Assembly (NCBI RefSeq): GCF_009914755.1
Contig: NC_060927.1
From: the human T2T-CHM13v2.0 reference genome, Homo sapiens
Length of the DNA: 64,000 nucleotides
Direction: 5' to 3' (one strand)
Every line of letters starts with the position of its first letter. The stretch's first letter is position 1. The notes under the pieces were generated by a model that made no database searches, was not told the DNA's origin, and was given only the letters and a program-made list of their open reading frames with translations. Positions 40,972-55,140 of the stretch are shown here, piece after piece. The translations under genes and the position numbers were made by a program.

Positions 40972-43900
40972 ATCCAAAGGAATGAATCTGTAATGGTGAA
41001 ATTTAAGACATCAGTAAGGAAAGGGAGGTGCAGAAATATTTTGGCTCAACATCCTTTCCAGTCTACCAGCAATTGCAATGGTAGATTTGAAATAATCTGA
41101 GCCCGTTAGGTATGGTGATTATGCATTCTAATTTGTCTAGTATGTATTTACACCTATAGTCCTGGCAAAATTATTCATTGTGCCTTCTTTTTCTCTCAAT
41201 TTTTCATTTATGATCTCAGTTTAGATCATAAATGAAAAGTCCATCTGGAACCTCTAAGAACTGTAATTTGAATTTGTGCTCCCTTTCATGGTCCTCTGGA
41301 CTGGGGTGTCTGAGATAGTAAGCAGTTGATGGGTGTAGCCACAGATCTGGTCATTCATATGCTTTATATTCATGTGCAGTTCCGTGGAGCAATGGAGAAT
41401 CAGAAACTTCCAGAAAGTCTTGGCTGTATATTTTACATGGCACTAGAGTAAAAGACAAAAGAAAGAAGAGTGCATCAAAGCATTTTGTGTGTGTCTGATT
41501 TAATGAGTACTCATCAATGCCTAGATTCTGATTTCCTTCCTTGTGTATGAGCAGCAAATTCACCATGGTGTAACTCTACACAGTGTGAAGGAACAATTAC
41601 TGTGTGATTTTAGCAGCTGTTGAAATCTGTAACATTAGACTATGTACATTTTTCTCCCGTTTATATCAGAATATAACATAGGTCAGAGGCAGGACAGGAA
41701 TAAAGCAAGTGGCTCAAAAAGTTCTTGTGTATTAATTTCAGGTATATTTATTTGCAGGAATTGCCCTCTTTTAATTTTTATTTTTGGAGTGCAAAAATCA
41801 GACAATAACATTACAAAATGCTCTTAAACATTAGCACTTTTTTCGTAAATAACTGAGAGCTATTATTATTGCTAAACTCAGGATTGCTACTATAGCCAAA
41901 CATAAACCCTGACTTTTTGACAGCCAAAGCAAAGAATAAAATAAGAATGAAAAACTAGTCACTCATCTGTGTTTATGATATTAAAGTTAAAGGAAGCCTA
42001 TTAGTTAATCAGGAGGGCACATTTCTGTTTTTCTAGCTTGAGTAATCTAACATTACTTTAACAAAGGCTTATTTACTAGACGGGACATTAAAAGGAAAAA
42101 TGAGCAGTATCTTTAAAAGTAGTTTTACAAAAATTGCAGAAATATCTTCCTGTAGATACAGTAAATTCTTATATTGTTCCCAATAAGCACCAAGAGCAGT
42201 GTGCAAAAGCCTAGTGATCACAGGTAATGGGACCGAGTAGTGACTACGTCCAGCACTACAATAAGTGCTTTGCCTGCTTTGACTCATTTGATATTTACAA
42301 ATAACTTATGATGTAAAGGTAGGATTCAAATGCAGGAAGTATGCTCTGGAGCCCATGTCTTGGGCATTGCTACTAGATGCTAAGGTGACCTATGGAATTC
42401 AAATGCGTCACTTCCTGGTGCTGGGACTTGCTGCAGGGTCAGAAATTATTGATGCTAGAGAAGTAAATTGTTAGCACACACTACAGATTCTTTTTCTAGA
42501 TTCTAGAATTTCGATGCTCTCAAATACTTTTGTGAGAGTAGGTGCTAGCTGAAAATTCAAGGGTAAACTTTCTGGTATTCACCTAAATTGCGTGTTTAAT
42601 TGGATTTTCAATTTAGAGTCAGAAGGCATTGGTTCTGACTTTGGAAGACTTCTAGAGGCTCTTGAAGAGGGGCGTGTGTGTCAAGAAGGCTGTTTGGACA
42701 TCACACAGCTCTTATGAAAGAGGGCTTTCCTAAATTAAGTGTAAATGAGGTAGAAACATAAGGATTACATTTCTTTTGAAAGCAAGGATTTAAAAAAGCA
42801 GAACAATTAGTGCGGGAAGGGATATATGCTACCCCATATGACTGGGTCATGTCCCACTCCCGAGACAAAGTCTATTTGAGTTCTCTTTTAGCTGTGGCAG
42901 AGGGAAGGCCTGCCAGGCTAAGTGAAATTCCAGGACACAAAGCTGATGAAAGTAGCAAAAGAGAATCATGAGCAATAAAATGAAATTGTAAAAATTTGGT
43001 AGGAAGCCTTAAGTGTCGTTAGATATCTACCTGCTATGAATGGAGTAAAGCTATATAAATTGTGGGTGTGGGAACAGCCCTCTGGTTTCTGGCTGTTTTG
43101 GTGGTTGAATGCCAACTCTGAGAAAAGCAGGCTAAGGTGGAAAGGGCAACTCTCCTCCTTAAATATCCCAAATCCTCTTCCTTTGCTGTAGCACATGGAA
43201 AAATGTTCACATTATGCTGAACTACTTTTCTGTTTATCCTCCAAATTAGCTGTGAATTCTTTCCTTCCAACTTTAAGTCTTCCTAGGCCTCTCAGTTCCG
43301 CTTGTCTTCTTGGATTAGATTCTCTTCAAGGCCAGGACCCCTGGAATCTTAGCTTTATTTCCGAGGTAATTTCTGCCGGAAGGCAAAGTTTGGCACGTCA
43401 GCTTTTAATATACGCTGTGGCAGTTGGTGGAGGCAGGGAGGAGGGAAAGGGAGAGGAAGAAGAACACAATTCTGCTAGCCTTGGAAATTCAACTGGAACT
43501 TATGTTAGTTACATTTTTGAAACTTATTTATTATCCAGACATATGACAAACTCCAGTGAAGCACTAAGACTTCATACAGTAAACTTTGGAAGACGACCAA
43601 AACTCAAAAAACCCTCTTCAGCAGCAGGGACTCCAGAATGTTCCCCTGAGACTTTGAGGCTTTTTCAGGTAGGTGGTAATTGAAGAACATAAAGAGGGTC
43701 AATATGGGATGTGAGCACTGGAGTTCTCTCTCGTGTTCCTAGAGCCTCAGAATGTAGACTTGGGCTGGTAGAGGAACGGCAGTGGCGAGAGCCTGGCGAA
43801 GGCTTGGCAAGGACATGAGACTCCCAAGGAGACCTTGAATTCCTAAACAATGAATGGTCTGAGGTTAAAGATAGGATTTACAAGGGAAAGAAATGGAGCG

Positions 43901-44409
43901 CTAAATCAGGCTTGTCAAAGCTGAGTCCCACCCAGGGGCAGCACCCAGGTTGCATCTCAGCTGTCATCAAAGTAGGATCTAATCAGTGGGGCAAGGTCAG
44001 CAAGGATTTGGTGAGGAGGACGTGGAAGCCTCCCGTGGATTGCATTCAGGCCGGCATACTCACCAAGGCAGATGACGTGCATGAGATCTTGGTGACATTT
44101 GCTCAGGTGAAAAGTGCAGGGTGTGGTGTTATCTACGCTTTGTTTGGCTGGGCAGTCATAATTCTTCCGACATTACAGGAGCTTGAGTGTCAGATAGCTT
44201 GGTTAGGAAAGCTAGGGGATGCAGCTGCCCTGTGTTTGGGAATGTCTTTAAGGGTCATTCTAACTGCTATTGAAATATAGGACCGGGAAAATGTTCATTT
44301 GTACCCATTGTACAGTCAGTTAAGCATCAGAAACAGGATTATTCTGAGTAAAAATTAAAGCCTCATGACTAACCTATGGTAGATCTCTGATGACTAAATT
44401 TTTTTCCCT

Positions 44410-45900
44410 TCCATTATTTAGAGAAGTTTTTTGTTTGTTTACATATATTAAATTAACTTTTGGGGGGGGGGTGTACAATTGTGAACGTCTTAAATGCATA
44501 GTCATGTAACCATCACCACAATTAAGACACAGAACAATTCTCTCACCCCATGTCCCTGATGCTTCCCCTTTGGAGTCAAATTCTTCACCCACCCCCAACC
44601 CCTGGCAACTCCATCCTATAGTTTTATCTCCTCCAGAATGTCATATAAATTTAATTTTATATTATGTAACCTTTTGAATCTGGCTTCTTTCACTTAGCAT
44701 AATACATCTGAAAATAATCAATATTGTTGTACATACTGTTGAGTCCTTCCTTATTGAATAGTATTCCATTGTATGAATGGATCATGGTTTGTTTATCCAT
44801 CCACCCATTGAAGGCCATCTTAATAGTTTTCAGTTGTTGGCAATTATGAATAATGTTGCTATAAACATTTGGATACAGATGTTTGTGTGAACTTGAATTC
44901 TCATTTCTCTAGGGTAAGCACCTAGGAGTATAACTGCTGAGTCATCTGATTTGTGTATGTTTAATTTCGTAGGAAATTGCCAAACTGTTTTTCAGAGTGC
45001 CTGTACCATTTTGCATTCCTACCAGCATTCCATACATTCCCAATGTATGAAAACCCAGTTGCTCCATATCCTTGTCAGCACTTGAAAATGTCAATTTTGT
45101 TTTTATTTTTAGCCATTTTAATAAGCGTGTAGTAGTATCTCATTGTGGTTTTAACTTACATTTCCCTAGTGACTAATATACTCCAGTACTGTTTCATGTA
45201 CTAATTTGCTGTCCGTATATCATTTTTTTGTGAAGCATATGTTTAAATATTTTGCTCAGTTGTATTGGGTTGTTTGTTTCCTTTTTTTTTTTTTTTTTTT
45301 TTTTGGGACAGGGTCTTGTCACCTAGGTTGGAGTGCAGCAGTGTGATCTCAGCTCACTGCAACCTCTGCCTCCCAGGTTCATTCTCATGCTTCAGCCTCC
45401 CGAGTAGCTGGGATTACAGGCCACAGTGCCCAGCTAATTTTTGTATTTTTAGTAGAGACAGGGTTTCACCATGTTGTCCAGGCTCATCTCGAGCTCCTGG
45501 CCTCAAGTGATTCACCTGTCTCAGCCCCACAAAGTGCCGGGATTACAGGCATGAGCCACCGTACTTGGCCATTTTTTGTTGTTGTTGTTGTTGTTGAATT
45601 TTAAGAATTCTCTATATATCCTGGATACAAGCTCTTTATGAATATATGATTTCTGAAAATGTTGTCTTAGTCTGTAGCTTGTCTTTTCATTCTCTTTAGA
45701 GTGTCTTTTACAGAGCAAAGTTTTTAATTTTCATGAAGACCAGTATATCCATTTTTTCTTTTGTGGATCATGCTTTTGGTGTTTTATCTACGAACTCTTT
45801 GCCTAGCCCAAGTTCATGAATATTTTCTCCTATGTTTTCTTCTAAAAGTTGTATAGTTTTACTTTCTACATTTTGATCTGTGACCCATTTTGAGTTAAAA
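44410..45900 (-). mobile_element. L1ME/L1MB-like 3' fragment interrupted by an Alu
   Basis: CATGTAACCATCACCACAATTAAGACACAGAAC...GGCTTCTTTCACTTAGCATAAT...TGACCCATTTTGAGTTAA. Confidence 0.85.
45292..45570 (-). mobile_element. Alu (AluS/Jb-like) with small deletions
   Basis: poly(T), GACAGGGTCTTG...GGGTTTCACCATGTTG...GGGATTACAGGCATGAGCCACC; followed by (GTT)n. Confidence 0.92.
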
Positions 45901-47679
45901 CATTTTTTCAAACTTTTTGATGGTTACTTGTTAATTGAAACCACCATGCCCATTTACGTTTGGTCCTTGGTGTATAAACTTAGAGCTACAAGATATTTTT
46001 ATCAGAGGTATATCCAGCATTTGACGTTCTTTAATCCATCAACAAATATTTATTAGCCATGGCATTTCACTTTCATTACTACATTCTGAGCACTTTAGAA
46101 CAATCCTGGTTGGACGTCCTGTACTCCCAGCTCACATCCCTGGATTTCATAGTCCTCACAATTATTTCCATGGAACCAAAGTTACTTTCATTAGCTCCTA
46201 CTGACAGATATATAGTCAAGGAGTTTGGAGTCCAAAGAGGGGAGTAAACTGTCTTGTATCTATTCCCAGGAAAATTCAACTGATTTTCCTCCTCGACAAA
46301 AAAAGACTTCATGTACACAAGCAAAGTGAAGAACAAAATGAAAATAATTGGTTGGATAATTGAAACTTCAAAAGTTCTGCCAATCCTCTTCATCTTGACT
46401 TCATGGATATTAGAGTTTTACATAGAGCTGAAAGCAGCTTAGAGGTCACCTTGTCTTAGTCCTTCATTCGACCACTTAATCAAGTCAACAAATATTATTA
46501 TTGAGACCTCCTGTGAACCAGAGGCTTAGTATATGCCAGATGAGAAAATCAAAGTTCAGCAAAATGAGGGCAGCTGCCCACAGCCCCAGGCTTATCCAGA
46601 GGGCCCTGAAGTCATGGTTCTAGAATTTCTGAATTTCTGCCTCCAGCAGCCTCTCCACATGTCTCCAGAGCCTCCAAAGTTCATAGCTTCCTGGTCTCTT
46701 CTCTCCATGAAGCAGTCCCAGCCCCATTACTGATTGTAGGACATGTGTGTCTTTCAGTTCCAAAAAGTAAACTATAGTTTTCAGGAAAGTGGATTTGGGA
46801 AAAGAAGCTGGTTTAGGAAATGAGTTTTAAAAGTTTTGAAAGGGAGAATTGTGATTTGGAGGATGAGGTAACTAGAAGGGCCAGGGGGTGAGGTCTGGAA
46901 AGGGAGATTAAAGAAGAGAGGCTATGATTTAGGGACTTTTTCAGAGGAGGGTCTAGAGTTATTGAGTGGGGAATAGAAGAAAGAAGGCTGTGGTTTGGAA
47001 TAAGGGGATCAAAAGAAAAATTAGAACAAAGAAAAGTAGTTTGAAGAAATGATCTCTGGATTCGGGCCACAATTTACTTGTCTTGGACTCTAGGTCACAT
47101 ATAAAATACATACATTTCAAAAATGTACCCAAAAGAACAAAAATACAGTTTTGAATATTATACAGTGAGTATTTTTAAACAATAAATCTGAATGTTTCCT
47201 TCTTTGAAATAAATATTTAGGTAACATTCTGATGCATTGATTGTGTAAGATTGCCCAGAGTTTAGAGTTTTTTCTCTTCTGATTGTGGCAGGGTGAAAAT
47301 CCTGCCTTTTTCAAGATAGCCCTGAGCACAGCAGTGCACATGTGAGACCTGGAATCCTCCCTGTAAAATAACTGCCCAACCTGACACATGCAGGTGGCAG
47401 CTGAACCTTGTTTGTACAGGGAATGTGGGGGCAATGCCTGCTCTTAGATTAAGAAACTACCAAACAGAAACCCAGAAATGGATCCACTTCAGAGACTGCA
47501 AAAAGAGCAAGCTGGCCAAGAGCAAGCTAGTCCTCAAAGAGTGTAAAAGGTTTTTGAGAGCTAAGCCAGAGTGAAGCCCTAGAAAGACTTCCACATTCAT
47601 TGGTAGAGAAGAAAATATTTGAAACTTCATTCACTCAAGTGGGTACTCCTGTGTATTTATTTAAGATGCCTATGGGTAA

Positions 47680-48105
47680 ATAAATGTTTTTAGCAGCATT
47701 ATTCATAATAGCCAGAAGGGGGAAACAACTCAAATGTCCATCAGCTGATGAACAGATCAACAAAATGTGGTATATCCATACAATGAAACATAATTTGACC
47801 ATCAAAAGGAACGAAGTTCTGATATGTGCTACAACATGGATGAACCTTGAAAACATTATGCTAAGTGAAAGAAGCCAGACACAAAAGGCCACATATTGTA
47901 TGATTCCACTTATAATAAAATGTCCAGAATAGGCAAATCAGTAGAGTCAGAAAGTAGATTAGTGCTTGCCAGGGTCTAGGGAGAGAAGATAGACTGTTAA
48001 TGAGTATGAAATTTCTTTTGGGGATGATAAAAAATATTCTGGAACTAGATAGTGGTGATGGTTGCTCTGATTGTGCACTTTTAAAATACAAACAACAAAA
48101 AAAAG
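47680..48105 (+). mobile_element. L1MB-like 3' fragment
   Basis: AGCAGCATTATTCATAATAGCC...ATGGATGAACCTTGAAAACATTATGCTAAGTGAAAGAAGCCAGACACAAAAGG...CTAGATAGTGGTGATGGTTG. Confidence 0.85.
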
Positions 48106-50609
48106 ATACCCATGGATATATATCTCTTTCTATAGTTAAAACAAACCCTGTTAGTTCTGTAGCTGGCACTTTCCCTGCACAGGTACAGATGGTGTCGCCG
48201 GGCTCCTATCTCCACCTTACCCTCCAACCAGACAGGAGCAGGTAATGTCTCCCAGCTCCACACTTTTAAGCTAATACATCCACTGATATCCCCCTCCCCT
48301 TTCCTGCCTCTCACAGTCCTTGATCCTCTTGAATGCCACCCACTCCAGGAAATATTTTCCTCCTGTAAGTCTCCTCTGTATGCTCAGACTTTCTGTAGAC
48401 ACTTCTCCCACAACCCACGGCTAACTTCTTCCAATATTATGGGATTTGTGACCTATGCAACCCTTACTTTGCCTTGCCTTGGAAGCCAATTGAGTCACAA
48501 CACTTGTATTTTCCATGCTAGTGCATAGCCTGGCACATGATAGGAACTGAATAGAGTGGATTCAAGTGGGCATAAAAAGCCACACTAGTCCTGGCCCAAC
48601 TCACCTTCTCTACTGTTTCCGATTATAGGCGGATCCTTGTTTCTGTCCCTCAACCCCTTACAGTTTCAATCCCCACAGGAGCAGTGTGGGGTCTCAGCAC
48701 CAACTACATCCCTCACTCTACCCAAGGCTCCCTCAGCCTCTTGGAGCACATAAAACTCCTTCTGATAGATACTCAAGTTCTATGGTTAACTCTGAAAATA
48801 ATGAAACCTCTTTCATTCTGTTCTTTGAGCACTAACACTAGGCCATGCACCCGGCTGCAGAGCATCATTCCCCTTTTCTCACATGCCTCACCATCCACTG
48901 GTCCCCATCACAGCCAAGGCACTTATGAATGACAGAAAGCAGCAAGGCTTGTTGGAGAGGGAGAAGGGGTGAGGTTAGAGGCAGGAGCAGCAGAATCCCT
49001 GCAGCAGATCCAGCTCACCAGGCCTGATAGAGATGTCAATGGGCAAGAGGCCGTCTCTGCTACACGCATATCCCTATTTTGTGGGCAAGGGCGTTCCATC
49101 ACCATAGTTTACTTTTCTCATTTATTGGTTCCAACCTGGATTAAAAAGCTAAACCAAAGGGTGTGTAAATAATTTTATCCTAATTTACAAAGTTTGAATT
49201 TACATTTCCCTTGTTATGGAGGCAAATTATTGAAAACTGAATCAGATATGGAGGGCAAGGGAGCACTCTATTAAAAATAACCACGTGGCGAATCTATTTG
49301 TAAAATGAATGGTTACATCATAGTTTACTTGTTTTTAAGTTGAGGATTTTTGTGCACTGGGTTGTCTTCTAAAGAGGTAAAAATTTTTGTTAGAGATATG
49401 AGGTAGTCTTTGAAAAATAGCTCTTTTCTTATTACAAAAGAAACAGATGTTCGTATAGCATAAGTGTTTTAAAACACAAAAGAAAATACTTGTAAGAATC
49501 TGTTATGCCTCAGTCATGGAAACCACTCAAATGATATCTGAATGAAGAATAAAATGAAAGAGAAACCCCCCATATTCCACCATCTAGAGGTAACCACTGT
49601 TAACTTGGCGGTATCTATCCTTCTAATATTTTTCTGTGCATATTTCAAGTGTACTGCTGTTTTATATGCTGTTGTTTTCACTTGACAAGGTGTCATAAAC
49701 ATTTTCCAGATCACTAGCTGGCTGCAAGGTACTCCCTGCTCAGCTGGATCAAATCTAACTGTATCTCAAATGCTGACCCACAGGCGTCCTAGCCAAAAGA
49801 ATGGGAGGGAGCATTCTGAATTAAGCCCCTTTAAATGGATTGAAAATTACACTACATTAACACTTTTTTGTCCCACCCAAAAGTATTAAGCTGTCAGAGA
49901 AAAATTCACAGCCCTAGCAAAAGGACTGCTAGAGCCAGGCTGTGAACACAGTCCCAGCAGCAGGGCGTGTAGCCTGTCACCTGTCACCTGCCCTGCTCTA
50001 CCTGTTGGGTGACCTAGCTTTTTCTTTTTTTTTTTTTCCTTTGCTTTGCTGTTTTTTTTTTAGACTCAGAAGTTCCTTTAAGCCTCTGGCCGTTGGAGGA
50101 GCTGATGGCAGCTTGACTGGGCCTCTGCCAACCATGAGGAAAGAAAAAGTCCCATTCATATTGTCCCTTATCACTGGGGGCTGAACCCCATAGATAAATA
50201 CTGGTTTCCTCCCTCACTATGTGTCACGGATTACATACTCACAGTGTTTCAACTGAACTCTGTGATTGAGAGGGGACAGTTCTTTCCCAGAAGCACTAAA
50301 TCTGCTTTGGGGGTCCCGCAAGGGGGCTCAAAGACTGCAGTATGCCAAGCAGGCTGCTGGGTCCAGTCTTTCATGTTATTCTGTTACTAGGTATATACAG
50401 TTTAATGTGTATACCATATGCACAGGAGGCATGCAACTCAAAGCTATCTTTCCAGGGTGATGTTCAGAAATAGTTTATATTCATGGATAAAGAGAAGAAA
50501 AAGAAGCTACAATAAATAAGTGGATCTAGCCTGCTCCTTGAGTATATTAAGGGTTACGATTTCCTTAGGTTTGGTTAGGTTTTCCTTATGGGAGCCAAAC
50601 ATCTTGGTT

Positions 50610-50815
50610 ACTGCCATTACTAGCGATGTGACCATGGGCAAGCTCCTTAACTTCTTTATCACTCAGGTTCCTCAACTTTATAATAAGGATAATAACTACT
50701 AGTCTATATTTCAAAGTGGATGTTTTCCGTATTGAATTATGCAATGTGTACAAACACTCAGCACAGTAGTTAGCCATAAGCACTCCATGAATGTTAACTA
50801 TTATTATTGTCATTG
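50610..50815 (+). mobile_element. MIR
   Basis: TGTGACCATGGGCAAGCTCCTTAACTTC...AAACACTCAGCACAGTAG...AATGTTAACTATTATTATT. Confidence 0.75.
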
Positions 50816-51729
50816 TAATTGAGCTCTTTGTTTTCTTATAATGGTAAATTATGGGTGTCTTATGATTTGGGATTTCACCTCAGGACATATATCTTCTAGA
50901 GAAAAACACATAGACTATATTCAGTTAACCAGGGGATCATCCTACAGACAGGTGAGAAGGCATAGACTAGTTTCTGTGACATAAACTAGAAGAGAATTAA
51001 TGAGGTGGTTGAGACCAGTCCAATGTTATTTGTAAACTGACCCAGTTTAGCAGTTTAATAAGAGGCTTGATTCTGAGGCTTAAATGAAATTTAAGAACTA
51101 CTTGTGGCTTTGCTTTACCAACCCAGTTTTTGTTGCCCCAGTAACTCAGAATGTCTTGCTCCAGAGCTGCTGCCAGCCTCAGAGAATGTGGCAAATAGTC
51201 GTTGCTGACATGCATATCCTCCCCTCTCCTCTTTCTAGCACACACATCTTATGCTGCCCACCCACCTGATGCTCTGTTCTTACCAGTCCTACCAGTTCTC
51301 ATTTTGCCTGAGAACTTCAGGGACTCAACAGCTGGGCCCAGGCTGAATTTGATATTACTGTGACTTGGCAACTTCATGTTAGTAGATCCAAACTCCCCAT
51401 GCAGTCAAGGGCAGGGATGGTCCTAGATTCTGATGGTTTTAGAGCTGCCAGAAGGAGCATGAGAACTGTGGTCCATACTCATCCTGCCCTCACTTTCCTT
51501 CTGAGTGAATCCAAAGTCACAGAAAGCAAAGCAAAAATAATTCTCCTTGTTAAATACTGATCTAATTTATTAGAGCCCATCCAGAATATACCTGCCAACT
51601 GTCAGAGTCAGGAATTATTTAGTGGAATTTTAGAATCCCTAACAAGAGCTAGTCTCTCATTCTCTCCTAAAATTTACATTCCTGCCATCGCCAGAAATAA
51701 AAAAAAAAAAAACACACAAAAAAAGCCAT

Positions 51730-51870
51730 AGCCAAGCATGGTGGTGTGTGCCTGTAAGTCTCAGCTACCCTGAACACCGAGGTGAAAGGATCACGTGAGC
51801 CCAGAAGTTTGAAACCAGCCTGGTCAACTTAGCCAGACCCCATCTCTAAAAAAAAAAAGAAAAAAAAAAA
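51730..51870 (+). mobile_element. Free left Alu monomer (FLAM-like)
   Basis: Single monomer GCCAAGCATGGTGGTGTGTGCCTGTA...GGATCACGTGAGCCCAGAAGTTTGAAACCAGCCTGG then poly(A); AAAGCC on both flanks. Confidence 0.85.
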
Positions 51871-53259
51871 GTTTAAAGCCTACATTCATAAACTCATGTG
51901 TCTTATTATAAAGGTATCCCCAAAAGATAATTTTGTTACCTTGGAAACTTCAGGTAACAATACTTCCCTTGGCAAGTCTGTCCTTTTCCTTTCTTCCTTC
52001 CTACCTTTGGGTGTAACCTAAACCTTTCCTGATGTTACTTAGGCCCATAGGATCAGCTCATGTTAAGATTTTTATGAGATCCTTGCCCAATCCATGCACA
52101 TCAGTCCATCAACTCTATGCTCAGTATTTTCTATTTAAGTTGTTCACTGCTGACTGCTTTCACAGGCACACCGTGTGAGTTCTAGTTTAAACATTATAAA
52201 GTGGAGTGAGGATGTCTTCTTACATTGGAAGATGATCTACAACTTATCAAGTGCTCACCATTGAAATTGTAATTACTTCATGCCTCATTACAGATAACAT
52301 GAAATATCTTGTTTAGCATCTATGGAACAGCAATAATTATATCTGCTTGAATATATCTCAGTTAGAGCTTTCCAAAAAAAAGATATTTAACAGTGGAACA
52401 ATACTCAACAACTATAATAATTATAAACTAGATGTATCCTAGCCCTATTCTATTTCATTATTTGGCAGTATATGCATGAGTTCATTTTATGATTTTCCAA
52501 AATCTATCAATGATAAGGAAATTATTAGATTGCTTCTGAATTTTCAATTATAGTTCTTTTCCTAATGATGTGTATTCTCCTTGGATTCCTTAGCTCACCA
52601 AAACTTTTTTTCATCATAGCCAAATTCTGACAGAACTATGTTTGAACTATACTTACCCTTTAAATTCTAAGGCTAATTGTAAATTTTTCATCATCCTTTT
52701 AATATGGCAAACTTTATTGAGAGGTAAAGAATCAGTTAAATTAAAAAAATTTTAATTATGAATCATCAGGGCAGCTAAGACCTCAATAAACCATTTTTTA
52801 CATGAATTTGGAAAGGAACTATTTCCTCCAAGCAGACTCTGCCCTCCCCTGCCTGCACCCAGGGTACAGGGCTTGGTGAGTGGAGCACAGACAGGATGTC
52901 AGTGCCCTTGAGTCCCCTTTGTAGAGCACAACAGCACAACCATGCCCAGCGGCTCTAGGAACAGTGTCAAAATTAGCTTTATTTACAAAGTTACTCATCT
53001 TTATTTACTAAGTTGATCCAACCAGTTCAAACACACTTCTAGGACAAAACCTAGAAATGAGCATACTGACCAGAACGTCAAAGTAAAGTTAAAGTAAAAA
53101 ATGAATGAGGGGTATGGTAGAATCATGAGTTAGTTAAATTTATAAGGATAACTGAAAGAATAAAACCAAAATTAAGCTACCTACCTCTGATATGGAAGTC
53201 AATGGGCTATAGACACTTTTGCTTATCTCTTAAGTTAGTTTCATGGGACTTCTGGTTTG

Positions 53260-53880
53260 ACTATTTTCTTTAAAAAAATTTATGGAGATAAAAATTGATA
53301 AAATCTTCTCACAGTATGGTTTAGAAGCAACTCTTAGAAATTTGAATGGGCAAATCTTCGGCCCAGCAATTTCATTCTAAATACCTGTCCTAAAGAAATA
53401 CACATATTAACAAAGAGTACAAGGATTGTAACAATATTTCCAATAGCAAAAAAAAGACTGCACAAAAATTCATCAATAATGGGTTGATAAAAACAAATCT
53501 TTGTGTGCCCATATTGTAAATGTAATAATCATATGATTCTATTTGAACTGACAAGGAATAAGACCAAAGAAAATATACCAATGAAGCAAAAAAGGCAAAT
53601 AGCAGAATAGTAGAAATCCCATTAATGTAAGAAAAATGCGTGTGGTAAATGTGCAGATATATGTATGTATGTGTAAACGCATAGAGAGGTATTTAGGAGG
53701 ACATATTCCTAAGTGGTCATTGCTGAGGAAGAGTGTGAGATTTGAGGAGTTGGAACAGAGATGGGAGGGTAGAAAATTGGGAGAGGGGATTCATAAGGGA
53801 CTTTTAGTTTCTGCTCTATATGCCTTTGCAATTTTTTAAACAATAAGCATGAATTACTTTTATAATTTAAAAGTAATTTT
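53260..53880 (+). mobile_element. Degraded L1ME 3' fragment
   Basis: CCCAGCAATTTCATTCTA...TCCTAAAGAAATA and AACAATAAGCATGAATTACTTTTATAATT are L1ME-type motifs. Confidence 0.55.
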
Positions 53881-54579
53881 AAAGAATTTTAAAGATAAAA
53901 AAAAGAAAGAAAAATGATTACTCATAACTGCATCACCCAAACACAACAATTTTCATTTACATGTATTGCCTCCCAAGCTTTTAATATGAGTTTAAGTATG
54001 GGGAAAATATATAAAATTTCAAAATTACATAATAAGAATGTTGCTATATAGTCATTATAACTTTGAATTTTATATTTTTAATATAAACTACATAACTACA
54101 GTATATGAATTGCCATTTTGTTGCAAATAACTATCATCTGGTATTGATGCATATACATACAATTATTGTACCAGAATGTAATCAACCAAAGCAGTATGCT
54201 AGCTGCTTTGGACTTTATGCTCTTCTCATAAACAATGCAGAAAAAAATAGTTTATAAGGTATTCTCTCTTTGGATTATATCTTTAAGGAAAATTATAAGT
54301 TGCAAAGTGATCAAATTAAACAAGAATTTAAACATTGCATAACTCTTAATATACATTGCCAATTTTCTTTTCAAAAGTATAGTTTTAACCTTATTGCCAC
54401 AAAAAGTGTATTAGTTTTACTTCATCTTCACTAGCATTGGGTATTAATTTTTTAACTACTCTGGCCAAGTACAACAATATATTTCTTGAATAAATTATAA
54501 ATTTGAACATTTCCCTTGTGTTACAACTGCAGTTGACAGTTCAGGTCATTTTTGATTTATTTAACAATTTTGCTTTTAC

Positions 54580-54790
54580 TAATAACAATAATAGGTAACT
54601 CCCATTGAGTGTTTATCAAGTTCTAGGCACTGTTCTAAGTATTTTACATATATATCACATCTAAACCTCACAAAACTCCAAAAAGTATTACCATAATAAC
54701 CATTTTACAGATGGAGAAACTGGGACCCAGATAAGTTTATATCATAGGAAGTCTAACATCAAAGCTGAGGCTCTTACTGTCACCTCACTA
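54580..54790 (-). mobile_element. MIR
   Basis: ATTGAGTGTTTATCAAGTTCTAGGCACTGTTCTAAG...CCATTTTACAGATGGAGAAACTGGGACCCAGA. Confidence 0.75.
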
Positions 54791-55039
54791 TATAGCTGTA
54801 CATGAGTGTATTAAATAATTAAGATGTCATCCCTTTACCTGTCATACTTACCAAAAGTATTTTCCCAGTGTTTTGTATTTTTGTTGTTCTGGTGTTTTTA
54901 TATGCAGAACATATTAATGTTCTTATAATCAATTGAGCTTTTTCTTCATTTTGTAATTATTTCTATCATTTCGAAGCTTATAAAGATGTCTCTGTTCCAG
55001 AGACTTGAGAAATTTTCAAATCTGTTTTCTTCCCATGTG

Positions 55040-55140
55040 TACATACATGTGTAGTATGTACAAATATATGTATGTGAATATATTAATGTATTTGTACGTG
55101 TGCATATATATACATAAACACAGACATATGCACATACTCT
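55040..55140. repeat. Degenerate (TA/TG/CA)n low-complexity tract
   Basis: Alternating purine-pyrimidine runs such as GTACGTGTGCATATATACATA. Confidence 0.6.

Noticed and set aside
46800-47050. Strongly purine-skewed stretch (also 37990-38470)
   Set aside because: Most likely highly degraded L2/L1 internal sequence; no periodicity or structure.
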